A DNA stretch of 64,000 nt, taken from NCBI GenBank assembly GCA_028716945.1, contig JAQUOT010000001.1, positions 187,927 through 251,926 on the forward strand, read 5' to 3'. The translations under genes and the position numbers were made by a program. Shown here in pieces: positions 9,179-17,338 of the stretch. Origin of the DNA: Candidatus Nanoarchaeia archaeon (GTDB lineage Archaea; Nanobdellota; Nanobdellia; SCGC-AAA011-G17; JAFCDX01). Numbering within the stretch: position 1 is the first letter of the stretch; every line of letters begins with the position of its first letter. Below the pieces are notes generated by a model. The model was given only the letters and a program-made list of their open reading frames with translations. It searched no databases and was not told where the DNA came from.

Positions 9179-10642
9179 TTAACAAACTAATTTGTAAACC
9201 TGTAAATTTTTTTCAAAGCAATCTGTATCAAACTTCTTACTATCTATATTGTATAATTTTTTAACCTTTTCTGATAAAAAGATATATTTTATGTTATTTT
9301 CTTTCATTTTTGAAATGGTTCTCTCTCCTGAATTTGAACTAAATAAAATTCCTGCGTCTAACATCCTCTTCTCCGGATTTGGTGCTAATAAGAAATTTGT
9401 ATCAAAAAAGTTTTTCTTGCCTGAAAAATAATTAATCAAATTTCCTTCATAAATAGTACCAATGACTATATCATTTTTATCCTGAGAATCTTGTTTTATC
9501 CATTGCAAAGATTCAATTTCTATATTACTAGGAACCTGGCTTGCAGTGTTTTTTGCCATGGTAAATGAAGGGTAAACTGAAAATAATACTAATAAAATTA
9601 CAAATATACTTAAAAGTAATTTATTCCAATGTGCTACTTTTGTTAATTTTAGATATTTAAAAAAATTATAGATGGTTAATGCAGACAAAATTGAAGCAGA
9701 TAATCCTATAAAAACTAAAGCTGTATAAAAATTAATCATTTTCAACGAGAGCAAAATTAGATTGGTTATTAATAATGAAGATATTAAAAATATTGCTTTC
9801 TTTTTGTATTTTGTAATTCCTTTATAAATAGTTATAAATCCAAATATTAAAGGAATGTAACCTAAATGATACATTATAGAAAGGATATTTATTTGTTTAA
9901 AAGAAGCCACAGATAATGAGCTAGGCAAATTGTTCCATAATACACTTATTCCATAACTTAACAAAGAATCTTTATAAATTAATAAATTTGTTAGTAAAGT
10001 AATAATTAAAAAAGATAATATCAAGATTATTTCATTTTTATTTAATTCAGAATCTTCTGCATAAGAAAAAACTAAATAAATTATAAAAAATAAAATTACT
10101 AGAATAGAGATTGGACTTAATAAAGCCAAAATGAGTGAGGATAATAAAAATAGAGAAAAGTATGTTTTTTTATCAAGGTTTAAAATACAATAAATCATAA
10201 AAAATATTAAAGGAAATGCAATGCAATACACAGAAACCTTGTTTAATGTTTCTCTAATTGCTAAAGGGACAAAACCCACCATGAATGCAGAAATTAATGC
10301 AGATCTTTCATCGTTTATTATTTGTTTTGATATTAAATAAGCAAGTATTACTAATAAAGACATAAAAAATTGTAAGATTATTTTATCTGCCCAAGGAATA
10401 AATGAAATCGCAGCTAAAAAATATGAAAATAGGGGTGAATTATTTACAGGCCTTCCTGAATAACTCAGTTCATCATAAATCATGGGTTTTAAATTTTCCT
10501 TGACATAATCTGCTTGTCTTAAATTGGCATAAGAAGTATCATCTGAAAATGAATTTTCTGGGGTGGATAAAGAAAAGTTCAATCTAAATAAAAATACAAC
10601 CAAAAACAAAACCAACAAAATTATTTTATATATTTTATTCAT
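9179..10642 (-). CDS. Polytopic membrane protein, possibly a GT-C-type glycosyltransferase
   Basis: 487 aa with more than 10 predicted hydrophobic segments. An acidic first loop (FSDDTSYANL) and a soluble C-terminal domain are present. It lies adjacent to the GT2 gene. The function is inferred from architecture only. Confidence 0.5.
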   Translation of the reverse strand: MNKIYKIILLVLFLVVFLFRLNFSLSTPENSFSDDTSYANLRQADYVKENLKPMIYDELSYSGRPVNNSPLFSYFLAAISFIPWADKIILQFFMSLLVILAYLISKQIINDERSALISAFMVGFVPLAIRETLNKVSVYCIAFPLIFFMIYCILNLDKKTYFSLFLLSSLILALLSPISILVILFFIIYLVFSYAEDSELNKNEIILILSFLIITLLTNLLIYKDSLLSYGISVLWNNLPSSLSVASFKQINILSIMYHLGYIPLIFGFITIYKGITKYKKKAIFLISSLLITNLILLSLKMINFYTALVFIGLSASILSALTIYNFFKYLKLTKVAHWNKLLLSIFVILLVLFSVYPSFTMAKNTASQVPSNIEIESLQWIKQDSQDKNDIVIGTIYEGNLINYFSGKKNFFDTNFLLAPNPEKRMLDAGILFSSNSGERTISKMKENNIKYIFLSEKVKKLYNIDSKKFDTDCFEKNLQVYKLVC

Positions 10643-11114
10643 TTTTTAATTTTAAATTATTATCTACTACATCAAAATAATCAAAGAACTTTTGAGTTAA
10701 TTTTAACATTCTTGTTCTTCCAGATTTTTCCGAAGTAACAAAACTACTTTCTTTTAAGAAATGAATATGATCATATGCTTTATTTCCTCTTATTTTTATG
10801 ATTTCTGCTTGTAAAACAGGTTGTTTGTATGCGATTACTGCCAAAGTTTCTTGTGTAGGAAAATCCAACTCAGAATCCGATAACAATTTTTCACTCAAAT
10901 ATAAATATTCTTTCTTTAAACAGAGCTTCCATTTATCTGCTTCATTTACTAATTCTAATGGTCCTTGTCTTTTAGAGTATTCATCTTTTAATTCAAGTAA
11001 TTTTTGAGCGATTAATCCTTGAGAACCTATGCTTGTTAAACTAGCTATTTCTGGTACAGATACAGGTCTTCCTAATATGAATAATACCGACTCTATTTTA
11101 TTCCTATTTTCCAT
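10635..11114 (-). CDS. scpB: Segregation and condensation protein B (ScpB)
   Basis: 159 aa. It has IESVLFILGRPVSVPEIA and ETLAVIAYKQPVLQAEIIKIRG.KAYDHI, which form the tandem winged-helix pattern of ScpB. Confidence 0.75.
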   Translation of the reverse strand: MENRNKIESVLFILGRPVSVPEIASLTSIGSQGLIAQKLLELKDEYSKRQGPLELVNEADKWKLCLKKEYLYLSEKLLSDSELDFPTQETLAVIAYKQPVLQAEIIKIRGNKAYDHIHFLKESSFVTSEKSGRTRMLKLTQKFFDYFDVVDNNLKLKNE

Positions 11115-11216
11115 AGGTTTTTTATTAGAAATAAGTATAAAAAACTAACTATATTAGTTTTTATTTTTCGAAGAATATAATTTGCATTAGTTTAAGTATT
11201 ACTCAAGAAAAAGTTT

Positions 11217-11570
11217 TTAATTCAAATATATTGGTTTCTTATCTTTGTCTGGTGTACCTCTAGGATTTTTTGGAGGTTCTTGAGAATGACCAACATAAAA
11301 TCTTAATAGAACAGTTAATGCCAACAGTTCTTCCTGTTGTACATTCATATAATCACGAGGTTTATCTTTCACAGCCTCGAATAGATCATAAAAACAATAC
11401 CACATCTCATCCCATAAAACTCTTCCTCGTTCAACTGCTTCTTTCCAAGTTTGAGGATGTTCATTATACAACAATTCTCCTTTATGTCTAAGGTGGTTAT
11501 TCCAATCAAGTTCATAAACCTTTTTACTTAATGCTTCAATTCTACGTTCTAATTCAATTACTTGATTCAT
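11217..11570 (-). CDS. Hypothetical protein (Trp/His-rich, compositionally atypical)
   Basis: 117-aa ORF flanked by about 100-150 nt of non-coding sequence on both sides. I recognise no family. Confidence 0.55.
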   Translation of the reverse strand: MNQVIELERRIEALSKKVYELDWNNHLRHKGELLYNEHPQTWKEAVERGRVLWDEMWYCFYDLFEAVKDKPRDYMNVQQEELLALTVLLRFYVGHSQEPPKNPRGTPDKDKKPIYLN

Positions 11571-11721
11571 AACTTATTAATATTTACGATTGTTTATAAA
11601 TCTTTCGATTTGTTATTACTATAAAGTTATTAATATAAATTAACATTCGTCTAAAATTAATTCTTTAATAAAAAGGTTACTTTGAGGTTATTATTATTTA
11701 TAAAAACATTAACTTTAAATA

Positions 11722-12090
11722 TTACTCTAACCCTTGGTATTCTAAAGATTGTTTTTCGCTTAAACAAGCACCATCAAAACATCCTTCTTCACAATAAACT
11801 ATCATTGTTTGGAAATTAAAAGAATTTGTCGAATCACAATTATACTCTTTTAATCTATTTGCATCTACGCAATAATCTGTTCTTTCACGCAGATTACAAT
11901 CGTCTCCTCTTACTGAAACAGTTCCTTTTAGATTAATACTTCCTTGGTCTGTATCTTTACAAGATTTATCACAACCAACAAGAACATTACTAGTTGTTGT
12001 AAATTGAGTTACTCCCAAAGTTAATAAAAGAATTACTGCTATAAGTAATAAAGCAGATAATAAAACTTCTTTATTAAATTTCTTTGCCAT
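11722..12090 (-). CDS. Small membrane-anchored cysteine-rich protein, paralog 1 of 5
   Basis: 122 aa. N-terminal TM, then CKDTDQG...KGTVSV...TDYC...LKEYNC...YCEEGCFDGAC. Confidence 0.75.
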   Translation of the reverse strand: MAKKFNKEVLLSALLLIAVILLLTLGVTQFTTTSNVLVGCDKSCKDTDQGSINLKGTVSVRGDDCNLRERTDYCVDANRLKEYNCDSTNSFNFQTMIVYCEEGCFDGACLSEKQSLEYQGLE

Positions 12091-12091
12091 T

Positions 12092-12487
12092 TTATTTTAT
12101 GCAAGCTCCATCTTTACAACCTTTTTCACAAATAACCAATTTATCATTATATTCACTATAAGTAAAATCTTGAGAGTTAGAACTTTCTGGATCTGATCCA
12201 CAGAAATATTCTTTTACGGCAGAATATTTATTTTCTTCATTTGGTCCAACCTGTACATAAGCACAATAATCGGTTTTTGCTTCAAAAGCATAGCGTCCTT
12301 TGCTTACCGCAGTTACTGTACCTTTAACAAATTGATTATATCCTCCATCTGTATCATTACAACTTCTTTTTAGAAGAACGTTTCCAGTTGTAAAATTTAT
12401 AAAGCTTAATATAAAAAATGCGCAAACAGATACTATTAAAATTAGAATAATATAATCCCTAACATCCACTTCTTTTTTCTTTTTCAT
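12092..12487 (-). CDS. Small membrane-anchored cysteine-rich protein, paralog 2 of 5
   Basis: 131 aa. TM, then TTGNV, then CNDTDGG...KGTVTA...TDYC...VKEYFC...ICEKGCKDGAC. Confidence 0.75.
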   Translation of the reverse strand: MKKKKEVDVRDYIILILIVSVCAFFILSFINFTTGNVLLKRSCNDTDGGYNQFVKGTVTAVSKGRYAFEAKTDYCAYVQVGPNEENKYSAVKEYFCGSDPESSNSQDFTYSEYNDKLVICEKGCKDGACIK

Positions 12488-12561
12488 ATCTTATTTATAC
12501 ATTTAATTATTTATAAAGATTTCTATATAAATTAAAAAAATAAAAAATAAAAAATTTTAAT

Positions 12562-12891
12562 TTATTGTAAGCATGCTCCGTTTTGACAGCCATTTGCACA
12601 ATAAACTGAAGGATCTCTGTTATATCCGCTTGCATCTGCCACATTACAATTAAATTCTACTAATGTCTTTCCTGTTGAATCATCCATAGAACAATAATCT
12701 GTTTGTGGGTCAAAAGCAGTTCCTCCAGAATCAGTACCTGTTACAGTACCTTGCATGTAAATACTTCCACCATCAGTATCTTGACAAGAAACTTTTATAA
12801 CTTTTCCTGTTGTTAAAATACCTGATGCTAAAAGCACTGCTAAAACGAGCAAAACTACTAATCCGATTATAGTTTTGTCTTTTGTATCCAT
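12562..12891 (-). CDS. Small membrane-anchored cysteine-rich protein, paralog 3 of 5
   Basis: 109 aa. TM, then TTGKV, then CQDTDGG...QGTVTG...TDYC...LVEFNC...YCANGCQNGAC. Confidence 0.75.
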   Translation of the reverse strand: MDTKDKTIIGLVVLLVLAVLLASGILTTGKVIKVSCQDTDGGSIYMQGTVTGTDSGGTAFDPQTDYCSMDDSTGKTLVEFNCNVADASGYNRDPSVYCANGCQNGACLQ

Positions 12892-12931
12892 AATTTAATT
12901 AAGAACAATCTATATTTAAATGTTTCTAAAC

Positions 12932-13267
12932 TTATTCTATGCAAGCGCCGTCTTTACAACCCTTTTCACAAACAACTAATTCAGATTCCCAATTATTTGG
13001 AGTAAGCAAATTACAGTTATATTCTTTTAATTCCTTTGTATTTTCTAAAGAACAATAGTCTGTTTCTTCAAATTGGGCATTGTAATCAGTATATCCTGTT
13101 ACTATTCCTTTTACATAAATACTTCCACTATCTGTATCTTCACAATGTGCTTTAAAACTAAATCCAGTAACTTTCTCAAAAAATCCTGTTGCAAAAAATA
13201 ATAAATATAAAGACAGTATTACAAAAATTACCAATAATTTTCTTGAAAAACCTTCAAATAATTTCAT
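12932..13267 (-). CDS. Small membrane-anchored cysteine-rich protein, paralog 4 of 5
   Basis: Track ORF 12932..13309. I moved the start to MKLFEGF (13267) so that it no longer overlaps paralog 5. The domain reads CEDTDSG...KGIVTG...TDYC...LKEYNC...VCEKGCKDGAC. Confidence 0.7.
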   Translation of the reverse strand: MKLFEGFSRKLLVIFVILSLYLLFFATGFFEKVTGFSFKAHCEDTDSGSIYVKGIVTGYTDYNAQFEETDYCSLENTKELKEYNCNLLTPNNWESELVVCEKGCKDGACIE

Positions 13268-13281
13268 TTTGAAATAAAAAA

Positions 13282-13650
13282 TTATCTCTCGCAAGCCCCG
13301 TTCTTGCAACCATATTCACAAACAATAAATTTATAGGAATATGCGTTTTTGTCTGTTTCTTCTGGGTCAATATCATGCAAACAATAATATTCTTTTAAAA
13401 CATCGGTTTTTTCAGGATTATCTTCATAATATACACAATAGTCTACTTCATTAATCTGTATTTGAGAAGGATATTGGTGTCCTGAAAGCTTTCCTCTAGC
13501 AAATTCATTATCTCCACTATCAGTATCATAACAATAGCCTGCACGCATACTTTGCCCAGTAGTATAATTTATAGTATTATTTAGCACAATTAAAACTGCT
13601 AAAACAACTAAGATTGCAGAACCTATCACCACTTTATCTCTATTATCCAT
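13282..13650 (-). CDS. Small membrane-anchored cysteine-rich protein, paralog 5 of 5
   Basis: 122 aa. TM, then TTGQS, then CYDTDSG...RGKLSG...VDYC...LKEYYC...VCEYGCKNGAC. Confidence 0.75.
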   Translation of the reverse strand: MDNRDKVVIGSAILVVLAVLIVLNNTINYTTGQSMRAGYCYDTDSGDNEFARGKLSGHQYPSQIQINEVDYCVYYEDNPEKTDVLKEYYCLHDIDPEETDKNAYSYKFIVCEYGCKNGACER

Positions 13651-13690
13651 AATAAATATTAAATTTAATGAATATTTAAACTTTTTGTTT

Positions 13691-14782
13691 TTATTTAATA
13701 GGATATCTAAGTATAGCTGCTACTCCACCGATATCTTTTAGCTGTACCCCTTCTCTTGATTCTGTAGAAATCATTCTTACTTCGGTTTTGTATTTTTCTG
13801 CTTCTTCTTCAAGTTCTTCTATTTGTTTATCTGGAAGATTTTCAGATAATAATAAAACATCTACTGCACCCAAAGCCAAAGCTTTTTTGGTTTCAATTAA
13901 TCCATAAGTTGTTTTTTCTTCTTCCCTTGCTAATTTTTCGAAAAACTTTTGCATAATCTCTTTTTCTACAGTTATTTCTTCTTCTGCAAGAACTTCGTGA
14001 CTTCTTTCAACTAAATCATGTAATCCAGATTCTCCAGTATAAGATAAATCTTTTACAGCAATTATTTTTTTTCTTATTTCAGTTAATAAATAATTTCCAT
14101 CTACAAATTCTTGTTTTGTAGTACCAGGTCCACCAATTAATACTCCTTTTAAATCTGGTTTATTAAAAAATTCTTTGTTTGCAAATTCTGCAACCCTTTT
14201 ATAAAATTCGTGAGCTGCTTCTTCTCTTAAACGAGCATATCTTTGTTGTGAGAATCCACCTGTTTTTACTTTTCCTGGAACACCCGAAGTCATTGTAACT
14301 AGATTCTTAATATTTGTTCCTCTCAATAATCCAACATTGGCCTCTCTTTTATCAAGAACAATTAAACCAAATGTTTCTTTGATATTAATCATGTCTATCA
14401 AAGGTTCTAGTAAAAAAGTTTGATCACATCTATATACTCGCATGTTAATCGGTTCAGGAGGTTCTATAGACCAAACTTTAATATCAACTTTATTTTCTTT
14501 TTCAGAAGCATTTCCTGCAAAAACAGCCAATCCGTTCTCTGGAGTTCTTTTGTATAATCTTAAATGTTGTATCATCCTTTCAATAGAATCTATGACATGC
14601 ATTCTTGTTGTTTTATCTTTAATATTAGAAGCAGTTCCTTGTTCTTGAAATAAGTGATTCATAATTTTAACTAATTCATAACCTGCTGGAACATAAACAG
14701 AAACTAACTCAGTATGTCTTCCTCTAATTCCTTCTAATTCTTTTAATGTTTTCTTTAAAATATATCTTTCTTTTATATTCAT
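13691..14782 (-). CDS. prf1: Peptide chain release factor aRF1 homolog with non-canonical motifs (NIKD instead of NIKS, GGF instead of GGQ)
   Basis: 363 aa. The N-domain has GTASNIKDKTTR and YRCDQTF (YxCxxxF). The M-domain reads GVPGKVKTGGFSQQRYARLREEAAHEFY, which aligns without gaps to the usual ..GGQSxxRFxRLREE.. pattern. I re-read the codons ggt gga ttc from the DNA. Confidence 0.8.
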   Translation of the reverse strand: MNIKERYILKKTLKELEGIRGRHTELVSVYVPAGYELVKIMNHLFQEQGTASNIKDKTTRMHVIDSIERMIQHLRLYKRTPENGLAVFAGNASEKENKVDIKVWSIEPPEPINMRVYRCDQTFLLEPLIDMINIKETFGLIVLDKREANVGLLRGTNIKNLVTMTSGVPGKVKTGGFSQQRYARLREEAAHEFYKRVAEFANKEFFNKPDLKGVLIGGPGTTKQEFVDGNYLLTEIRKKIIAVKDLSYTGESGLHDLVERSHEVLAEEEITVEKEIMQKFFEKLAREEEKTTYGLIETKKALALGAVDVLLLSENLPDKQIEELEEEAEKYKTEVRMISTESREGVQLKDIGGVAAILRYPIK

Positions 14783-14783
14783 T

Positions 14784-17144
14784 TTAAAATTCTATTTTTA
14801 AGTTATCTCCAAATTTAATCTCTTTTGCATTTGTAACAGCTTTCAAATCATCAAAAAATTCTTTTATAATCTTTTCATTCTTTTTTTCTATAGTAATAAT
14901 AACAGGTTCTTTCATTGATTTGTTATTTTTAGTTTTGAATTGTCTTACTTCATTAATTATATCTAAAACTAAATCTCCATCTTTTTCTAAATCTGTGTCT
15001 TTTAACTTTTTATCATACTCTGGCCAAGAAGTTAAATGTATGCTTTCTTTTTTCTTTAAAGTTTCTTGATAAATTTCTTCTGTTATAAAAGGAGTAATTG
15101 GGCCTAACATTTTTAATAAACAGATTAAAGTCTTATGTAAAGTATATTGTGCAGACATTCTAGAATCTTTTCCTCTTTTATCTGGATTATATAATCTATC
15201 TTTAACAATTTCTAAATAATTATCACAAAATATATGCCAAAAGAAATTTTCTATTTTTTGTTTTGGTTTTGAATAAGAATAATTTTCAAAATCTTCTGTG
15301 CATTCTTTTACTAAATTATTTAGTTTTATCAATAACCATTCATCAAATTTCTCTAGTTTTTTATTTTCTTTTTCTTTGTAATCTTGTAAGTGCATTGCAA
15401 CGAATTTGGAAGCATTCCATAATTTTGTTATTAATTTTTGTCCTGTAACTAAATCTTTTTCCTGATAATCTAAATCCTCTCCCAATTTTGAACCTGCTGC
15501 CCAAAACCTCATAGCATCTGTACCAAATTTATCTAAAACTTGTTTAGGATCAATAACATTTCCTAAAGATTTAGACATTTTTTCTCCACCAATTGTAACA
15601 TAACCAGAAATTGTAATATCTTTCCAAGGAATCTCTTTTTCGTGTAAATAAGATTTAGTTATGGTATAAAATGCCCAAGTTCTTATAATATCATGTGCTT
15701 GTGGTCTAAGAGAAAATGGAATTTTTATTTTTCCATTTACTAGAGAAGAAGCAATTTGTGGTGTTAAAGAAGAAGTTGCCCAAGTATCCAAAACTTTTTC
15801 TTCTCCGTTTGCATCTTGTTTACATTTAGGACATTTCTTTTTTGTTTGTAAAGGATCTATAGGTAATTCTTTTTCTTCAGGCAAGATTATTTCTCCACAT
15901 TTTTTACATTCCCAAACCGGAATAGGAATACCAAAGTGCCTGTCTCTTGAAATAGACCAATCCCATTCTAACCCATTTACCCAATTTTCATATCTTTTAA
16001 ACATGAATTCAGGATACCATCTAACTTTCTTCCCTTGTTCAATTAATTTTTTCTTTTTATCTAATATTTTAATAAACCATTGTTTTGTTGGAAGAAGTTC
16101 TATTTCAGTTCCACATCTGTCGTGTACGTTAACTATATGACTTATTGGTTTTTGTTCAGTAATTAAATCTACATTTTTTAAATCTTCAAGAATTTGCTTT
16201 CTTGCTTCTTTTATTTTAAGCCCTTTATATTTTCCAAAGTTTAAAGTTCCATCTTGATTAAAAACTATTTTTGGAGTAAGTTTATGTTTTGTTATTGCTT
16301 GTGCATCATATTTATCTCCATAAGAACATATCATTAATACTCCTGTTCCTTTTCCTATATCTGCAGATTCGTCAGCAATTATAGGAACTTCGAAATTAAA
16401 TAAAGGAACTTTTGCTTTTTTACCAACTAAATTTTTATAACGTTCATCAGAAGGATTTACAAATACAGCAACACATGCGGGCAATAATTCTGGCCTTGTT
16501 GTTGCTATTAACAAATCTTTTCCATTTGCTTTAAATTTCAAAGTAGAAAATAAACTTTCTAAATTTTTGTCTTCTAATTCTGCTTGTGCAACAGTAGTTC
16601 TACAATCTGTACACCATAAAGTTGGAAAGTCTTTAACATAAATATCTCCTTGTTTAAACAAATCAATAAAAGATTTTTGAGAAACTTTTTGAGTTGGTTT
16701 ATCTATAGTAGAATAATATATATTAAAATCTGCACTCATTGCTATATCTTTCCAATCTTGTATAAACCCAGGAGTTTGTTCTTTTAAAGTTTTTAAACAT
16801 AATTCAATAAATGCTGCCCTAGATATAGATTTACTTTTAATATTATTTGTTTTTTCTACAAATCTTTCTGTAGGTAACCCATTATCATCTGTTCCGAAAG
16901 GATAAAATACATTTTTTCCAGACATTCTTTGGTATCTTGCTATAAAATCTTGTTGTGAATATGAAAAAGCATGACCAATGTGCATTTTACCAGAAATATA
17001 AGGAGGAGGCGTATCTATAGAATAAACTGGTTTCTTTGAATTTATATCAAACTTGTAAATCTTATTCTTTTCCCAGTATTCCTTCCACTTCTTCTCTGAT
17101 GCTTTAAAATCATAATTCTGACTTGTCATATTAATTATCTCCAA
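14784..17144 (-). CDS. valS: Valyl-tRNA synthetase
   Basis: 786 aa class I synthetase. It has DTPPPYISGKMHIGHAFSYSQQDFIARYQRMSG (archaeal ValRS-like HIGH region) and KMSKSLGN. The start may instead be the second Met at 17129. Confidence 0.8.
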   Translation of the reverse strand: MEIINMTSQNYDFKASEKKWKEYWEKNKIYKFDINSKKPVYSIDTPPPYISGKMHIGHAFSYSQQDFIARYQRMSGKNVFYPFGTDDNGLPTERFVEKTNNIKSKSISRAAFIELCLKTLKEQTPGFIQDWKDIAMSADFNIYYSTIDKPTQKVSQKSFIDLFKQGDIYVKDFPTLWCTDCRTTVAQAELEDKNLESLFSTLKFKANGKDLLIATTRPELLPACVAVFVNPSDERYKNLVGKKAKVPLFNFEVPIIADESADIGKGTGVLMICSYGDKYDAQAITKHKLTPKIVFNQDGTLNFGKYKGLKIKEARKQILEDLKNVDLITEQKPISHIVNVHDRCGTEIELLPTKQWFIKILDKKKKLIEQGKKVRWYPEFMFKRYENWVNGLEWDWSISRDRHFGIPIPVWECKKCGEIILPEEKELPIDPLQTKKKCPKCKQDANGEEKVLDTWATSSLTPQIASSLVNGKIKIPFSLRPQAHDIIRTWAFYTITKSYLHEKEIPWKDITISGYVTIGGEKMSKSLGNVIDPKQVLDKFGTDAMRFWAAGSKLGEDLDYQEKDLVTGQKLITKLWNASKFVAMHLQDYKEKENKKLEKFDEWLLIKLNNLVKECTEDFENYSYSKPKQKIENFFWHIFCDNYLEIVKDRLYNPDKRGKDSRMSAQYTLHKTLICLLKMLGPITPFITEEIYQETLKKKESIHLTSWPEYDKKLKDTDLEKDGDLVLDIINEVRQFKTKNNKSMKEPVIITIEKKNEKIIKEFFDDLKAVTNAKEIKFGDNLKIEF

Positions 17145-17188
17145 TTAGAAATATTTAAATATATTGTATTTAATTTTAAAGGTAGAAT

Positions 17189-17338
17189 GGAGCGGTAGCT
17201 CAGAAAGGTTTTGAAGTTTAAGACCTTGAGCAACCTGGGAGAGCATAGAAATATCTCAAACCACGCTGAAGCCGTGGATGAAAGGTTATACGTCTAGTAT
17301 ACCTTGCCAAATCGGGGGTTCAAATCCCCCTCGCTCCA
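17189..17338 (+). tRNA. tRNA-Phe (anticodon GAA) with three introns (17204..17233, 17245..17259, 17281..17311)
   Basis: The hand fold gives acceptor GGAGCGG/TCGCTCC plus A73. The D-arm is GCTC-AGCCTGGGA-GAGC after removal of a 30-nt insert. The anticodon arm is CCACG-CTGAAGC-CGTGG, the variable loop ATGTC, and the T-arm GGGGG-TTCAAAT-CCCCC. The spliced product is 74 nt. Each intron is bounded by a BHB-like motif with 3-nt bulges. An AT-rich TATA-like tttaaatatat lies about 30 nt upstream. Confidence 0.85.

Noticed and set aside
13691-14782. Considered calling this gene Pelota/Dom34 because it lacks GGQ.
   Set aside because: It retains the aRF1-specific TASNIK(S/D) and YxCxxxF stop-codon recognition motifs. 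It also aligns without gaps through the GGQ region, so it is an aRF1 with a substituted Gln, not Pelota.
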